A stretch of 64,000 nucleotides of DNA from assembly GCA_041288095.1 (NCBI GenBank), contig JBGGMJ010000187.1, positions 32,829 through 96,828 on the forward strand. The letters are read 5' to 3'. Within the stretch, counting starts at the first letter, position 1. Every line of letters starts with the position of its first letter. The DNA is from Myxococcota bacterium (GTDB lineage Bacteria; Myxococcota; XYA12-FULL-58-9; JALHOP01). Below are positions 46,871 to 55,525 of this stretch, piece by piece. The notes under the pieces are model-generated. The model was not told where the DNA came from. It made no database searches and saw only the letters and a list, made by a program, of their open reading frames with translations. The position numbers and the translations under genes were made by a program.

Positions 46871-48688
46871 ATGACCATGCGCTATGCAGGCTCGACCGCA
46901 GTCGGCGTCGCACTCGTGTGCCTCGCCGCATGCGGCAACATCGTGGAAAGCGGCATCCAGGATGACGTGGGCACGCAGCTCGATGTCGGTGCGACGGACG
47001 CCACGGCGCCACTGCTTCAAGGAATCGGCGTTACCCAGATCACCGCGAGCAGCGCGACTGTCTCGTGGAGCACGGACGAGCTCGCGACGTCGCACGTCCA
47101 ATACGGCGCCACGACCAGCTACGGGCAGACGACGCCACTCTATGGTTTGGCCCTCACACACAAGGTGACTTTGAGCGGGCTCACCGGGGGCACCCTCTAC
47201 CACTACCGCGTGAAATCACTCGACGGCGCCGAAAATCTCGCGACGTCCGCGGACTTCACCTTCACGACGGCCGGCGGCACGGCCGACACCACGGCGCCCG
47301 CGATCAGCATCACCGCGCCGGCGGCGTCAGCCACGGTCAGTGGAACCGTGACGGTCAGAGCGAGCGCGTCGGACAATGTCGGCGTGACCGGCGTGCAGTT
47401 TCTGATCGACGGCGCCAACCTCGGCGCCGAAGACACGACGACGCCGTACGAGGTCAGCTGGAACACGGCGCTGCTCACCAACGGGAACCACACCGTCTCG
47501 GCGCGCGCCCGCGACGCGGCAGGCAATCAGCGCACCTCGTCGGTGGTCACCGTGGCCGTCGCCAACGCATGCGCGCCGCAAGCAGCCACGACCGCGGTCG
47601 CGAGCACCTTCCAGGACCCGAATGTCGCCGCTAACGTTCTCGACAACGACTACGCGACGCGGTGGTCGGCCTTGGGGCTCGGTGCGACCCTCACGCTCGA
47701 CCTCGGAGCGACACGCAACATCTGCTCGATCGCCATCGCTTGGCATATGGGGACCTCCCGGGCCGCGTCGTTCGATGTCGCGCTCTCGAATGATGGCTCG
47801 TTTTTCTCCGAGGTCTACTCGGGCACATCGAGCGGCACGAGCACCACGCTCGAGAGCTACGATTTTCCGAATGCCGACGCCCGCTATGTCCGCATCATCG
47901 GCAACGGCACGACCACTGGTGAATGGAATTCGATCCTCGAAGTCCGTGTCTTGGGTGGAGCGCCAGCCGGCTCGCCGATTCCGGGCGGTGGCGGCAATGG
48001 CGGCGGAGACCACCGCTTCCCCTACAGCTACGGCGACCAGGAGTTCTTCGCCAATGCCACGGCGGGAGGAACGGCGTCTCTTTCGTGTGGCGCCACACTA
48101 GCGGACCGCAGCATCACGACGGCCAACAACGGCGATGCCGTCATCGCCAACAACTGTAGCAACGGCACCACCACCGTATCGCGTGTCCGCCTTGGCGGAG
48201 ACGGCGTCAACGGCGGCGTGCGCGAGGGCTACCGTTGCGGCGGCAGCAACGCCACCATGAACATCGTCGACAGCTGGCTGGAGTCGAAGGGCGTCGGCGA
48301 CGACCACGCGGACACCATTCAGTGCTACCACCCCAACAACTCACCGTCGGTCATGAATCTGAGCAACACCACCGTTCGCGCTTACAACGGCGCGGCGACG
48401 GCTGGGTTGTTCGTCGCCGACGCGTACGCGGTCGAGCTGCACCTGACCGACGTGCTCTTCTGGGGTGGACCCTACGGTCTGCGCTTCCACACCGATGGTC
48501 GACCGGGGTCGTTGTACATGAAGGACGTCTGCTTTTACGGACAGGGGCCGAGCAACCACTCGTTCGGCTACAGCCCGTTCCTGCTCAATCCCACCCCGCC
48601 AGTGATTCAACAGTGGGAGAACGTGAACTGGTGCACCATCGAGAATGGCGCGCTCGTGGTTCACGGCGCGATTGCGCGACCGTATTGA
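46871..48688 (+). CDS. Modular lipoprotein: FN3, Ig-like, F5/8-type C (CBM32-like) and C-terminal probable beta-helix domain
   Basis: Lipobox LAAC; SATVSWSTDE..YHYRVKS; DTTAPAISITAP..ARDAAGN; NVLDND..TRWS..LDLG..ARYVRI..WNSILE; DDHADTIQ. Confidence 0.88.
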   Translation: MTMRYAGSTAVGVALVCLAACGNIVESGIQDDVGTQLDVGATDATAPLLQGIGVTQITASSATVSWSTDELATSHVQYGATTSYGQTTPLYGLALTHKVTLSGLTGGTLYHYRVKSLDGAENLATSADFTFTTAGGTADTTAPAISITAPAASATVSGTVTVRASASDNVGVTGVQFLIDGANLGAEDTTTPYEVSWNTALLTNGNHTVSARARDAAGNQRTSSVVTVAVANACAPQAATTAVASTFQDPNVAANVLDNDYATRWSALGLGATLTLDLGATRNICSIAIAWHMGTSRAASFDVALSNDGSFFSEVYSGTSSGTSTTLESYDFPNADARYVRIIGNGTTTGEWNSILEVRVLGGAPAGSPIPGGGGNGGGDHRFPYSYGDQEFFANATAGGTASLSCGATLADRSITTANNGDAVIANNCSNGTTTVSRVRLGGDGVNGGVREGYRCGGSNATMNIVDSWLESKGVGDDHADTIQCYHPNNSPSVMNLSNTTVRAYNGAATAGLFVADAYAVELHLTDVLFWGGPYGLRFHTDGRPGSLYMKDVCFYGQGPSNHSFGYSPFLLNPTPPVIQQWENVNWCTIENGALVVHGAIARPY

Positions 48689-48723
48689 CTTCGGCAACGT
48701 GACGGGTTGGCGGCCGCATGGGT

Positions 48724-50919
48724 CTACAAGCACGCGCGACAGGTGCTCGTGACCCAGTGGCACGAGGCGTCGCAGCTACGCGTCTGGGTTTGGGTCGGGC
48801 AATTTGCACATGGGCCGATGACCTCGCTGTCGCCAGGTGAGCAGGCCGCCGAGTCGAGCGGCACGCACTCGCCAACGACGTCCCAACCGCAGCCATTGCA
48901 GATGGCGGTTTGGGACCCGGGGAGGCCACACGCCCAGGTGCAGGAGCGACTCTGGATGGCATTGGGAGTACAGGCATCGGGGCGCGGGGCACAGCCCGAC
49001 CACCCGCCCCAGTCGCACGTTCCGGAGCACGTCCGTGATTGCGTACCGCAGGCGCCCGACGCCGTCGTGCAGTCACCCTGCTCTGTTTGCCCGGCGCTAC
49101 ACTGGGGGCACGAGCCCGAGGTGCTGGTGGACCAGCCGCAACCGTTCGCGTTGCACGTCGAGACCTGGTTGATGGTCGCGCCGCAAAGGCCGCCGCCGCA
49201 GGAGATGGGCGTGCTCGTTTGTTGTCCGGGCAGGCACGAGTCGGCCCGCGGGACGCAAGCGGACCAACCGCCCCAGTCGCAGACCCCTGAGCACGTCCGC
49301 GTCTGGATTCCACAACGACCATCGCCGGTCGTGCAGTCGGCGGTCTCCTGCTGGCCTTGGGCGCAGGTGGGGCACGAGCCTTCGTAGGTGATCGAGAAGC
49401 CGCAGCCAGCCCCATTGCAGGTGGAGACTTGGTCGTACGTCGCGCCACAGCTATTCGGCCCACACGAAAGAGGTGTCCGCGATTGCGTTCCCGGAACGCA
49501 CGAGCCGGCGTTGGCGACGCACCCTTGCCAAGTGCCCCAGTCGCAGCTCCCCGTGCAGGCGCGCGTCTCCGTACCGCATCTGCCCTCGATGGTCGTGCAG
49601 CCCCGCGCTCCCGTGTCGCCGACGTTACACACCGGACACCCGGCGCCATCTTGCGACGACCAGCCGCAGCCGTTGGACTGACACGTCGACGTCCGCGTGA
49701 AGGTCGCGCCGCAGGCGTTCGCGCCACACGACACCGGCTCGGAGGTCTGGGTGCCGGGGATGCAGGAGTCTGGTCGCGCGGTGCACACGCCGCCGGCCAA
49801 TGGCCAGTCGCAGGTGTTGCTGCAAATCTGAGTCTGGGTACCGCACTGTCCGAGGCCGGTCGTGCAGCCGACGTCGCGTGACTCGCCGGCGATGCACTCG
49901 AGGGTGACGCAGTCGTCCCGAAGCACGACGGTTTGGATCTCGCCGCGGGGAAGCTGCCCACCGGAGCAATCCTCGGAGCTGCCGGCCGCCGCGCAGCTCT
50001 CCTGGACCACGCGCTCGCCGCAATCAGCGCCGGGCACGCACTCGGTGGTCACGACGTGGGGAGCCGCGGTCATGTCGCAACCGGCACACTCGCTTTGAAC
50101 CCACATGCACTGGTCGCTACAGCGGATGGTGGAGTAGTGGCCTTGGGCACAGCTCTGTCCGCCGCACGGCGCGGCGAAACTCTCACCGGGAGAGCACACA
50201 CCCTCGTCTTCGCACGCTTCGTATTGGTAGTAGCAGCCGTCGCACGTCACCTTGCGGACACCGCAGCGGCCGCACGGCTCGTAGCGCTCTTCGTCCCGAT
50301 CACACTCCGCGTTGACCGGCAGGCAAGACGCCTGCGGAGCCCATTCGCAGTTGTCGTTGCACACGACCTCGGTGCCCAAGCATGCCGGCCCACAATTCAC
50401 GCCGGGCGTACAAGTGTCGCACCTCTGCGTGCGTCGGTCGCCGGGCTCACACGCGATCGCCGACGCACAACCCACGGGAGCCTGCTCCTCGCAGCCACTG
50501 CACGCACCGAAGAGCCAGCGCCCCACATCATTGCAGCGGTCGTGACGTGCGATGCCGCAGCCGCAGTCCGCTTCACGGGTTTCACCAGGGTCGCATTGGT
50601 GACACAAGACGCGTCCGTTTTTGCAAACGAGCACCCCGTCGTCGCCACCCATGGAGCACGACACGCTGACGAAGTCCTCGTCGGTCAGACCATCGAGGTC
50701 GTTGTCGAAGCCATCGCAGACCTCGACGTACGAAATTGGGTCCGGATCGTCGTCACTCGCCACGGGGTCATCACTGTCCGGCGTGGCCCACCAAGCCTCC
50801 GGATCCTCATCGGTGCTCTTGATGACAAGGCTCTGCTCCGCCGGCTCGCGGCAAGCGCCGGTGCCGAGCAAGACGAGCGCGCACGTCCACGCGGCTGCGT
50901 GGCGACCACGTCGTTTCAT
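48724..50919 (-). CDS. Very Cys-rich lipoprotein with ~88-aa tandem repeats
   Basis: Lipobox TGAC; EVCDGFDNDLDGLTDE motif; ~3.5 repeats with CGTQxRxC..CDWGxWxxC. Confidence 0.85.
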   Translation of the reverse strand: MKRRGRHAAAWTCALVLLGTGACREPAEQSLVIKSTDEDPEAWWATPDSDDPVASDDDPDPISYVEVCDGFDNDLDGLTDEDFVSVSCSMGGDDGVLVCKNGRVLCHQCDPGETREADCGCGIARHDRCNDVGRWLFGACSGCEEQAPVGCASAIACEPGDRRTQRCDTCTPGVNCGPACLGTEVVCNDNCEWAPQASCLPVNAECDRDEERYEPCGRCGVRKVTCDGCYYQYEACEDEGVCSPGESFAAPCGGQSCAQGHYSTIRCSDQCMWVQSECAGCDMTAAPHVVTTECVPGADCGERVVQESCAAAGSSEDCSGGQLPRGEIQTVVLRDDCVTLECIAGESRDVGCTTGLGQCGTQTQICSNTCDWPLAGGVCTARPDSCIPGTQTSEPVSCGANACGATFTRTSTCQSNGCGWSSQDGAGCPVCNVGDTGARGCTTIEGRCGTETRACTGSCDWGTWQGCVANAGSCVPGTQSRTPLSCGPNSCGATYDQVSTCNGAGCGFSITYEGSCPTCAQGQQETADCTTGDGRCGIQTRTCSGVCDWGGWSACVPRADSCLPGQQTSTPISCGGGLCGATINQVSTCNANGCGWSTSTSGSCPQCSAGQTEQGDCTTASGACGTQSRTCSGTCDWGGWSGCAPRPDACTPNAIQSRSCTWACGLPGSQTAICNGCGWDVVGECVPLDSAACSPGDSEVIGPCANCPTQTQTRSCDASCHWVTSTCRACL

Positions 50920-51044
50920 CGACTAGCGTACCGGCACCGGCACCGCCGTGGCGGGAAGAGCGTCTGCCAAGCCGCCGTCGCAACGCGTTGCGCCACCCAA
51001 CCATGGCGGTCAGTCCGGCAAGTGCAGTAGGACACGGGGCCGTG

Positions 51045-51644
51045 ATGAGCAAGAAGACCAGCCCGCTCGTGGACGCCGCCGTCGCCTTGGAAGAACAGCT
51101 CGAAGAGCTCGATGCCTTGGCACGCAAGGCCCAGAAGCTACCGCTCGACGACCTGGACAACATCCGTAAGACCACCGAAGCGCTGAGCCAGGTCGGGGCG
51201 ATGGAAGAGCAGCTCACCGTGCGCCTGCAGGCGCTCATGTCGGCCATCGGCGCGCTGGCACAGCGTCAGCAGCAGCAAGGCGAGGTGCTCCGCGCCCGAG
51301 CCGATGAGCTGGTCGCCCGCCGCGAAGCGCACGAGGCATTGGCTGCTCGCTATGGCGACCTGGGGCGCCTCGCTTCGGAGATCAACGCGTCGATGCAACA
51401 GCTCGTCGAAGCGCAGACTCGGGCGCCGGCAAACGAGGCGCGCGCCGCCGCGGTCCTGACCGCGCGCCAGATCAGCCTGCAACTCGAGGGTCTCATCGCC
51501 ACCGCCGACGAGGTGCACGCCGCTGCCGTGGCGCAAAGCTTTCGCGAGATCGAGCGTCAGGTCCATGCCCTACGCCAGCAGCTCGCCGCGGCTCGCGCCC
51601 GCATCGACAAGCACGTGACGCACCTCGAGGGCGAGCCGAACTGA
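51045..51644 (+). CDS. Coiled-coil hypothetical protein
   Basis: Heptad-rich A/L/E/Q sequence. Confidence 0.7.
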   Translation: MSKKTSPLVDAAVALEEQLEELDALARKAQKLPLDDLDNIRKTTEALSQVGAMEEQLTVRLQALMSAIGALAQRQQQQGEVLRARADELVARREAHEALAARYGDLGRLASEINASMQQLVEAQTRAPANEARAAAVLTARQISLQLEGLIATADEVHAAAVAQSFREIERQVHALRQQLAAARARIDKHVTHLEGEPN

Positions 51645-51682
51645 TCCCCGGCCTCGCCGAAGCGGCGTAGCAACGGCGACGA

Positions 51683-52201
51683 TTACTTCACGCCGAGAAT
51701 GAGTCCGTGTTGCTCCGCCATCGCGAGCAACGCTTCGGCATTGCCGCGAGCATCGTCCACCGGGTGATGCGTGTGCTCGGTGCGGCGCAGCGCCTTGAAG
51801 CTCGCGACCTCGTTCTTGGTGAGGCCTTTGTAGAGCGAGTTGAGGTTCTGCGAAGAGAAGCCGAACGGGTTGCGGCCCAGGTAATGGTGAAAGTACCAGT
51901 TGATGAAGCCCCAGTCGTAGCCGTTGTTGTCGGAGATGAAGACGAGCCGGCGCGCTTGCAGATTCGCAAGCCACTTCTCGAAGGCATCCATGACCTCGGC
52001 GGGCTCGTCGAACGTCAGGGTCTCTTGGCGCGTGAAGCCCGAGATGGCGAGAGCTTCCGGCAACCAGCGGTCGGAGATTGGTCGCGTCCGCCCGTAGAAG
52101 GTCCGAGATAGCGACGGCTCGACCGCGATCGCCCCGAAACAGATCATCGAGTAATCGCCGGGAATCGGGCCGTCGGACTCGACGTCCACCATGACGTACA
52201 T
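51683..52201 (-). CDS. DEDDh 3'-5' exonuclease (RNase AS/DUF5051-like)
   Basis: MVDVESDGP, NNGYDW, HHPVDDA. Confidence 0.88.
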   Translation of the reverse strand: MYVMVDVESDGPIPGDYSMICFGAIAVEPSLSRTFYGRTRPISDRWLPEALAISGFTRQETLTFDEPAEVMDAFEKWLANLQARRLVFISDNNGYDWGFINWYFHHYLGRNPFGFSSQNLNSLYKGLTKNEVASFKALRRTEHTHHPVDDARGNAEALLAMAEQHGLILGVK

Positions 52202-52202
52202 G

Positions 52203-53051
52203 TTAGGGGGCTTCCCAGCCGTCCTCGAGATGCGGGTGCACGAGCTCGTTGCGGTATGCGGTGGTGTTGGAGTCGTAGTGCGTGCCCGGCCGTTCGATGT
52301 GAAGGACCGGAAAACCATTGTCGCGCAAGACCTGGAAGCGGGCGCGAACGTCGGCGATGGCGTACACACCGTCGCTGGTCTGCGAGAGATGGACGATGTT
52401 CAGCTTCCAGGCAGCCGCCGCCATCCCGGTGTTGAGACCCGAGGCGCTGTAGGCTGGGATGGAGTTGGTGCAGAGGATGCCGGCGAAGTCACCGGCGTGG
52501 CGAAACGCCGTGTAATACGCGAGGTCACCTCCCGACGAGTAGCCGCCGATGTGCACGCGCTTCGCGTCGATGTTGAAGTGGGTTTTCAGGTCCGCGATAG
52601 CGTCCATCACCAGATCGGCGAGACGTGCTTGGTCGTCCCAGCAATCGCCCTCCGCGCCGCCGGGAGCCATGCCGATCCACTCGGTGCCGCCGTTGCTGGC
52701 GGCCCAGACATCACCGCTGCTGAAGCCGCCGCAACCGTGCAGGTAGACGTAGAGCTGCGTCGGCGTGTTGTGGGTGCGGTCGTAGGTGCTCGGCATGACC
52801 ACCCAGTAGGCGCTGGTGCCGCTATCGAGCTCGAGGGCTTGGCCGAGCGTGAAGGTCAAGGGCTCGGTCGGAAACGAGCTCGGCTCGGGCTCTTCTGCTT
52901 GCGTTGGAGTCGTGGGACCGGGCCCCGGCTCGTCGCCCGTCTCGTCGTCGTTGACGATGGGCTCGGGCTCGCCGCCAGGCTCACCGGTCACGGCGTTGCC
53001 ACAAGCGCAGAGCGCCACCAGGAGGCAGCTGATGAGTGGGCGGATCGACAT
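52203..53051 (-). CDS. Alpha/beta-hydrolase lipoprotein, paralog 1
   Basis: Lipobox LCAC; LHGCG, GYSSGG, SDG, PGTHY. Confidence 0.88.
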   Translation of the reverse strand: MSIRPLISCLLVALCACGNAVTGEPGGEPEPIVNDDETGDEPGPGPTTPTQAEEPEPSSFPTEPLTFTLGQALELDSGTSAYWVVMPSTYDRTHNTPTQLYVYLHGCGGFSSGDVWAASNGGTEWIGMAPGGAEGDCWDDQARLADLVMDAIADLKTHFNIDAKRVHIGGYSSGGDLAYYTAFRHAGDFAGILCTNSIPAYSASGLNTGMAAAAWKLNIVHLSQTSDGVYAIADVRARFQVLRDNGFPVLHIERPGTHYDSNTTAYRNELVHPHLEDGWEAP

Positions 53052-53079
53052 GGGGGACGGCGTGAAGATACCAGACGAC

Positions 53080-53361
53080 CTAGCCGTTGGCGACGGACCA
53101 GAGATCCTCGGGCGACACGGTCCGCGGGTCGATCACTTGGCTCAGCGCCGTCACGATCCAGGTAGCGACCGAACCAGCGTCATCGGCGCGCGTGAGCATG
53201 GTCACGAAGAGATCGCCTGGCGTGACACCAAAGAGCCCCCGCGGATCGGTGACCATGAGCACGCGCCCCCCTGGGGTCAGTTTTCCGGCACGGACGAGGG
53301 CCGTGTGCACGCGGTGCTCCGCGGCGGAGGCGTTGGCTGGCTGGGCGTGCTCGACGTTCAT
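53080..53361 (-). CDS. Small hypothetical protein
   Basis: 93-aa ORF filling the gap between paralogs 1 and 2; no motif. Confidence 0.35.
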   Translation of the reverse strand: MNVEHAQPANASAAEHRVHTALVRAGKLTPGGRVLMVTDPRGLFGVTPGDLFVTMLTRADDAGSVATWIVTALSQVIDPRTVSPEDLWSVANG

Positions 53362-53507
53362 GCGGGACTTATCGCACGTTGCCGCCTTGCGGTGCAGACG
53401 TCGACCCTGACGTTGGCGAGCCTTGCATGTGCTCCGACGCACACTAGTCGAGCGCGTTCCCGATGTGTAGAAGCTGCGCTTGGGGGACGCGCCGCCGGGA
53501 CGTGTCG

Positions 53508-54380
53508 ATGTCGTTTCGTAGTTGCATTGGCTTGCTGCTGTTCACGGCGGCATGCGGAAGCTCTTCGCCGGGTGGTGGCCCCGACCTCGATGGTGCCGAC
53601 GTCGATGGTACCGACGTCGATGGCGCCGACGTCGACGACCTCGGCGACGTCGACTTGCCGGGAGATTCGGTCGTCGGCGGCGATGGCTCGACCTCGACGC
53701 AAAGCTCGATACCGGCGAACCCGGTAGCCTTCGCGCCCGGTGAGCGCCTGACCCTGCAAAGCTCGCTCAGCGAATACTTCGTGGTGGTGCCGCGCGCCTA
53801 CGACGCCACCCACCAGACGCCCACGCAGCTCTTCATCTATTTGCACGGCTGCGGCGCCACGAGCGGCGAGGACGTCTGGGCCGCCTCCAACATGGACACC
53901 ACGTGGATCGGCATGGCGCCGGGCGGTAACGAGGGACCGTGCTGGGACGATCAAGCCCACGGCGCCGAGCTGACCATGTCCGCTCTCGCGGACTTGAAGA
54001 CGCACTTCAACATCGACCCGAGGCGCGTCCACATCGGCGGCTACTCGTCGGGCGGCGACCTCTCCTACTACACGGCGTTTCGCAACGCGCTCTCGTTCGC
54101 CGGCGTGCTCGCCTACAACTCGTCGCCCGCTTACACCATGCCGGAGCTGCAACAGGGCATCAGCGCCGCGGCATGGGCATTCAACATCGTGCACCTGTCG
54201 CAAACCGAGGACGGCGTGTACCCGATCGCGGACGTCCGCGAGCAGATGACCGCGCTCACGAACGCCGGGTTCAACGTGCTCCACATCGAGCGCCCCGGGC
54301 TCCACTACGACGACAACACCACGGGCTACCGGAACGAGCTCGTCTACCCACACTTGAATGACGGCTGGCACGCTCCCTGA
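53508..54380 (+). CDS. Alpha/beta-hydrolase lipoprotein, paralog 2
   Basis: Lipobox TAAC; DVDG-repeat linker; LHGCG, GYSSGG, EDG, PGLHY. Confidence 0.88.
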   Translation: MSFRSCIGLLLFTAACGSSSPGGGPDLDGADVDGTDVDGADVDDLGDVDLPGDSVVGGDGSTSTQSSIPANPVAFAPGERLTLQSSLSEYFVVVPRAYDATHQTPTQLFIYLHGCGATSGEDVWAASNMDTTWIGMAPGGNEGPCWDDQAHGAELTMSALADLKTHFNIDPRRVHIGGYSSGGDLSYYTAFRNALSFAGVLAYNSSPAYTMPELQQGISAAAWAFNIVHLSQTEDGVYPIADVREQMTALTNAGFNVLHIERPGLHYDDNTTGYRNELVYPHLNDGWHAP

Positions 54381-54383
54381 GCA

Positions 54384-55337
54384 TCAAGGCGCCCGCCAGC
54401 CGTCCCACAGGTGCGGGTGCACCAGCTGGTTGCGAAACGGCGTGGTGTTCGCGTCGTAGTGCGGGCCGGGGCGCTCGATGTGCGTCACGTCGAAGCCGCC
54501 GGCGCGCAGCATCTGCATCTGCGTTCGCACCGTGCCGATCTGGTAGATGCCGTCTTCGGTCTGCGACAGGTGCACCACGTGGAACGGTCGCGTGGAGCCC
54601 TCGATGACGGCGGCGAGGTTCTCGTAGCCGTAGGCAGGCAGCGAGTTGACCGCGAGCACCCCGGCAAAGGCGTTCGCGTTGCGCATGGCCACGTAGTAGC
54701 TGAGGTCGCCGCCTGACGAGTAGCCGCCGATGTGGACGCGCTTCGGGTCGATGTTGAAGTGCGTCCTCAGGTCCGCGATAGCGGCCAGGACGATCTTCAT
54801 GCCGTTGGCTTGGTCGCGCCAGCAACCACCTTCGGTGCCGCCGGGAGCCATGCCGATCCAACCGGCGTCGATGTTGCCGGCCGCCCAGACATCGCCGCTG
54901 CTGTAGCCACCACAACCATGCAAGTAGACATAGAGTTGGATAGGCGTCTTGTGGGTCGCGTCGTAGCTACGCGGGACGACGATCCAGTAGTTGGTGGTAC
55001 CGCTGTCGAGCTCGAGGCTCTCGCCGGGGCGATAGGCGACCGGCTCGCTGGGCACGGTCAGCGCCGGCGGTGGTGGCGGCGTGTCCTCGGGAACGGCGCC
55101 GCCCGCGGGCTCGCCGCTGCCGGTATCGTTACCCGTGCCCGTGTCGGTCGGCGAGTCGACGGCGTCCTCGGCGTCGGCCGCCATCGCGTCGTCGGCCGCG
55201 GCTTCATCGTTCGCGCCATCGTTGCCGGTGCTGCTCGTGGTCTCGGGAGCCGGACCGCTGTCGGGGTCACCGAGCACTTCACCGCCACAGGCACAGAGAG
55301 ACACGAGCGCGACACCGAGCAATGCACGGAACAACAT
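54384..55337 (-). CDS. Alpha/beta-hydrolase lipoprotein, paralog 3
   Basis: Lipobox LCAC; long acidic linker; LHGCG, GYSSGG, EDG, PGPHY. Confidence 0.88.
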   Translation of the reverse strand: MLFRALLGVALVSLCACGGEVLGDPDSGPAPETTSSTGNDGANDEAAADDAMAADAEDAVDSPTDTGTGNDTGSGEPAGGAVPEDTPPPPPALTVPSEPVAYRPGESLELDSGTTNYWIVVPRSYDATHKTPIQLYVYLHGCGGYSSGDVWAAGNIDAGWIGMAPGGTEGGCWRDQANGMKIVLAAIADLRTHFNIDPKRVHIGGYSSGGDLSYYVAMRNANAFAGVLAVNSLPAYGYENLAAVIEGSTRPFHVVHLSQTEDGIYQIGTVRTQMQMLRAGGFDVTHIERPGPHYDANTTPFRNQLVHPHLWDGWRAP

Positions 55338-55441
55338 GGGGGGCCTCGAACGGCTGAGGTTGGGGGGACGCCAACGTTGTAGCGTCTCAGCTCGAAACGT
55401 CACCAAAAACGTCAATCTTTAGGCTGAAGTTCATGCCACAC

Positions 55442-55460
55442 ATGGGGCAGTCCGCCCCAT
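55442..55460. promoter_or_regulatory. Perfect 7-5-7 inverted repeat ATGGGGC-N5-GCCCCAT, candidate operator
   Basis: Lies in the divergent intergenic region of paralogs 3 and 4, just upstream of a TGTAACC-N13-CGTC motif. Confidence 0.35.
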
Positions 55461-55525
55461 CTAGGCCACTTGTGTAACCTTCGTGTAAAAACCGTCGCGG
55501 GGGGGACGCCCGACGAGGTGTCTCG

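Noticed and set aside
53581..53654. 15-bp tandem repeats (CCGACGTCGATGG..)
   Set aside because: In-frame low-complexity linker (DVDG) of paralog 2.
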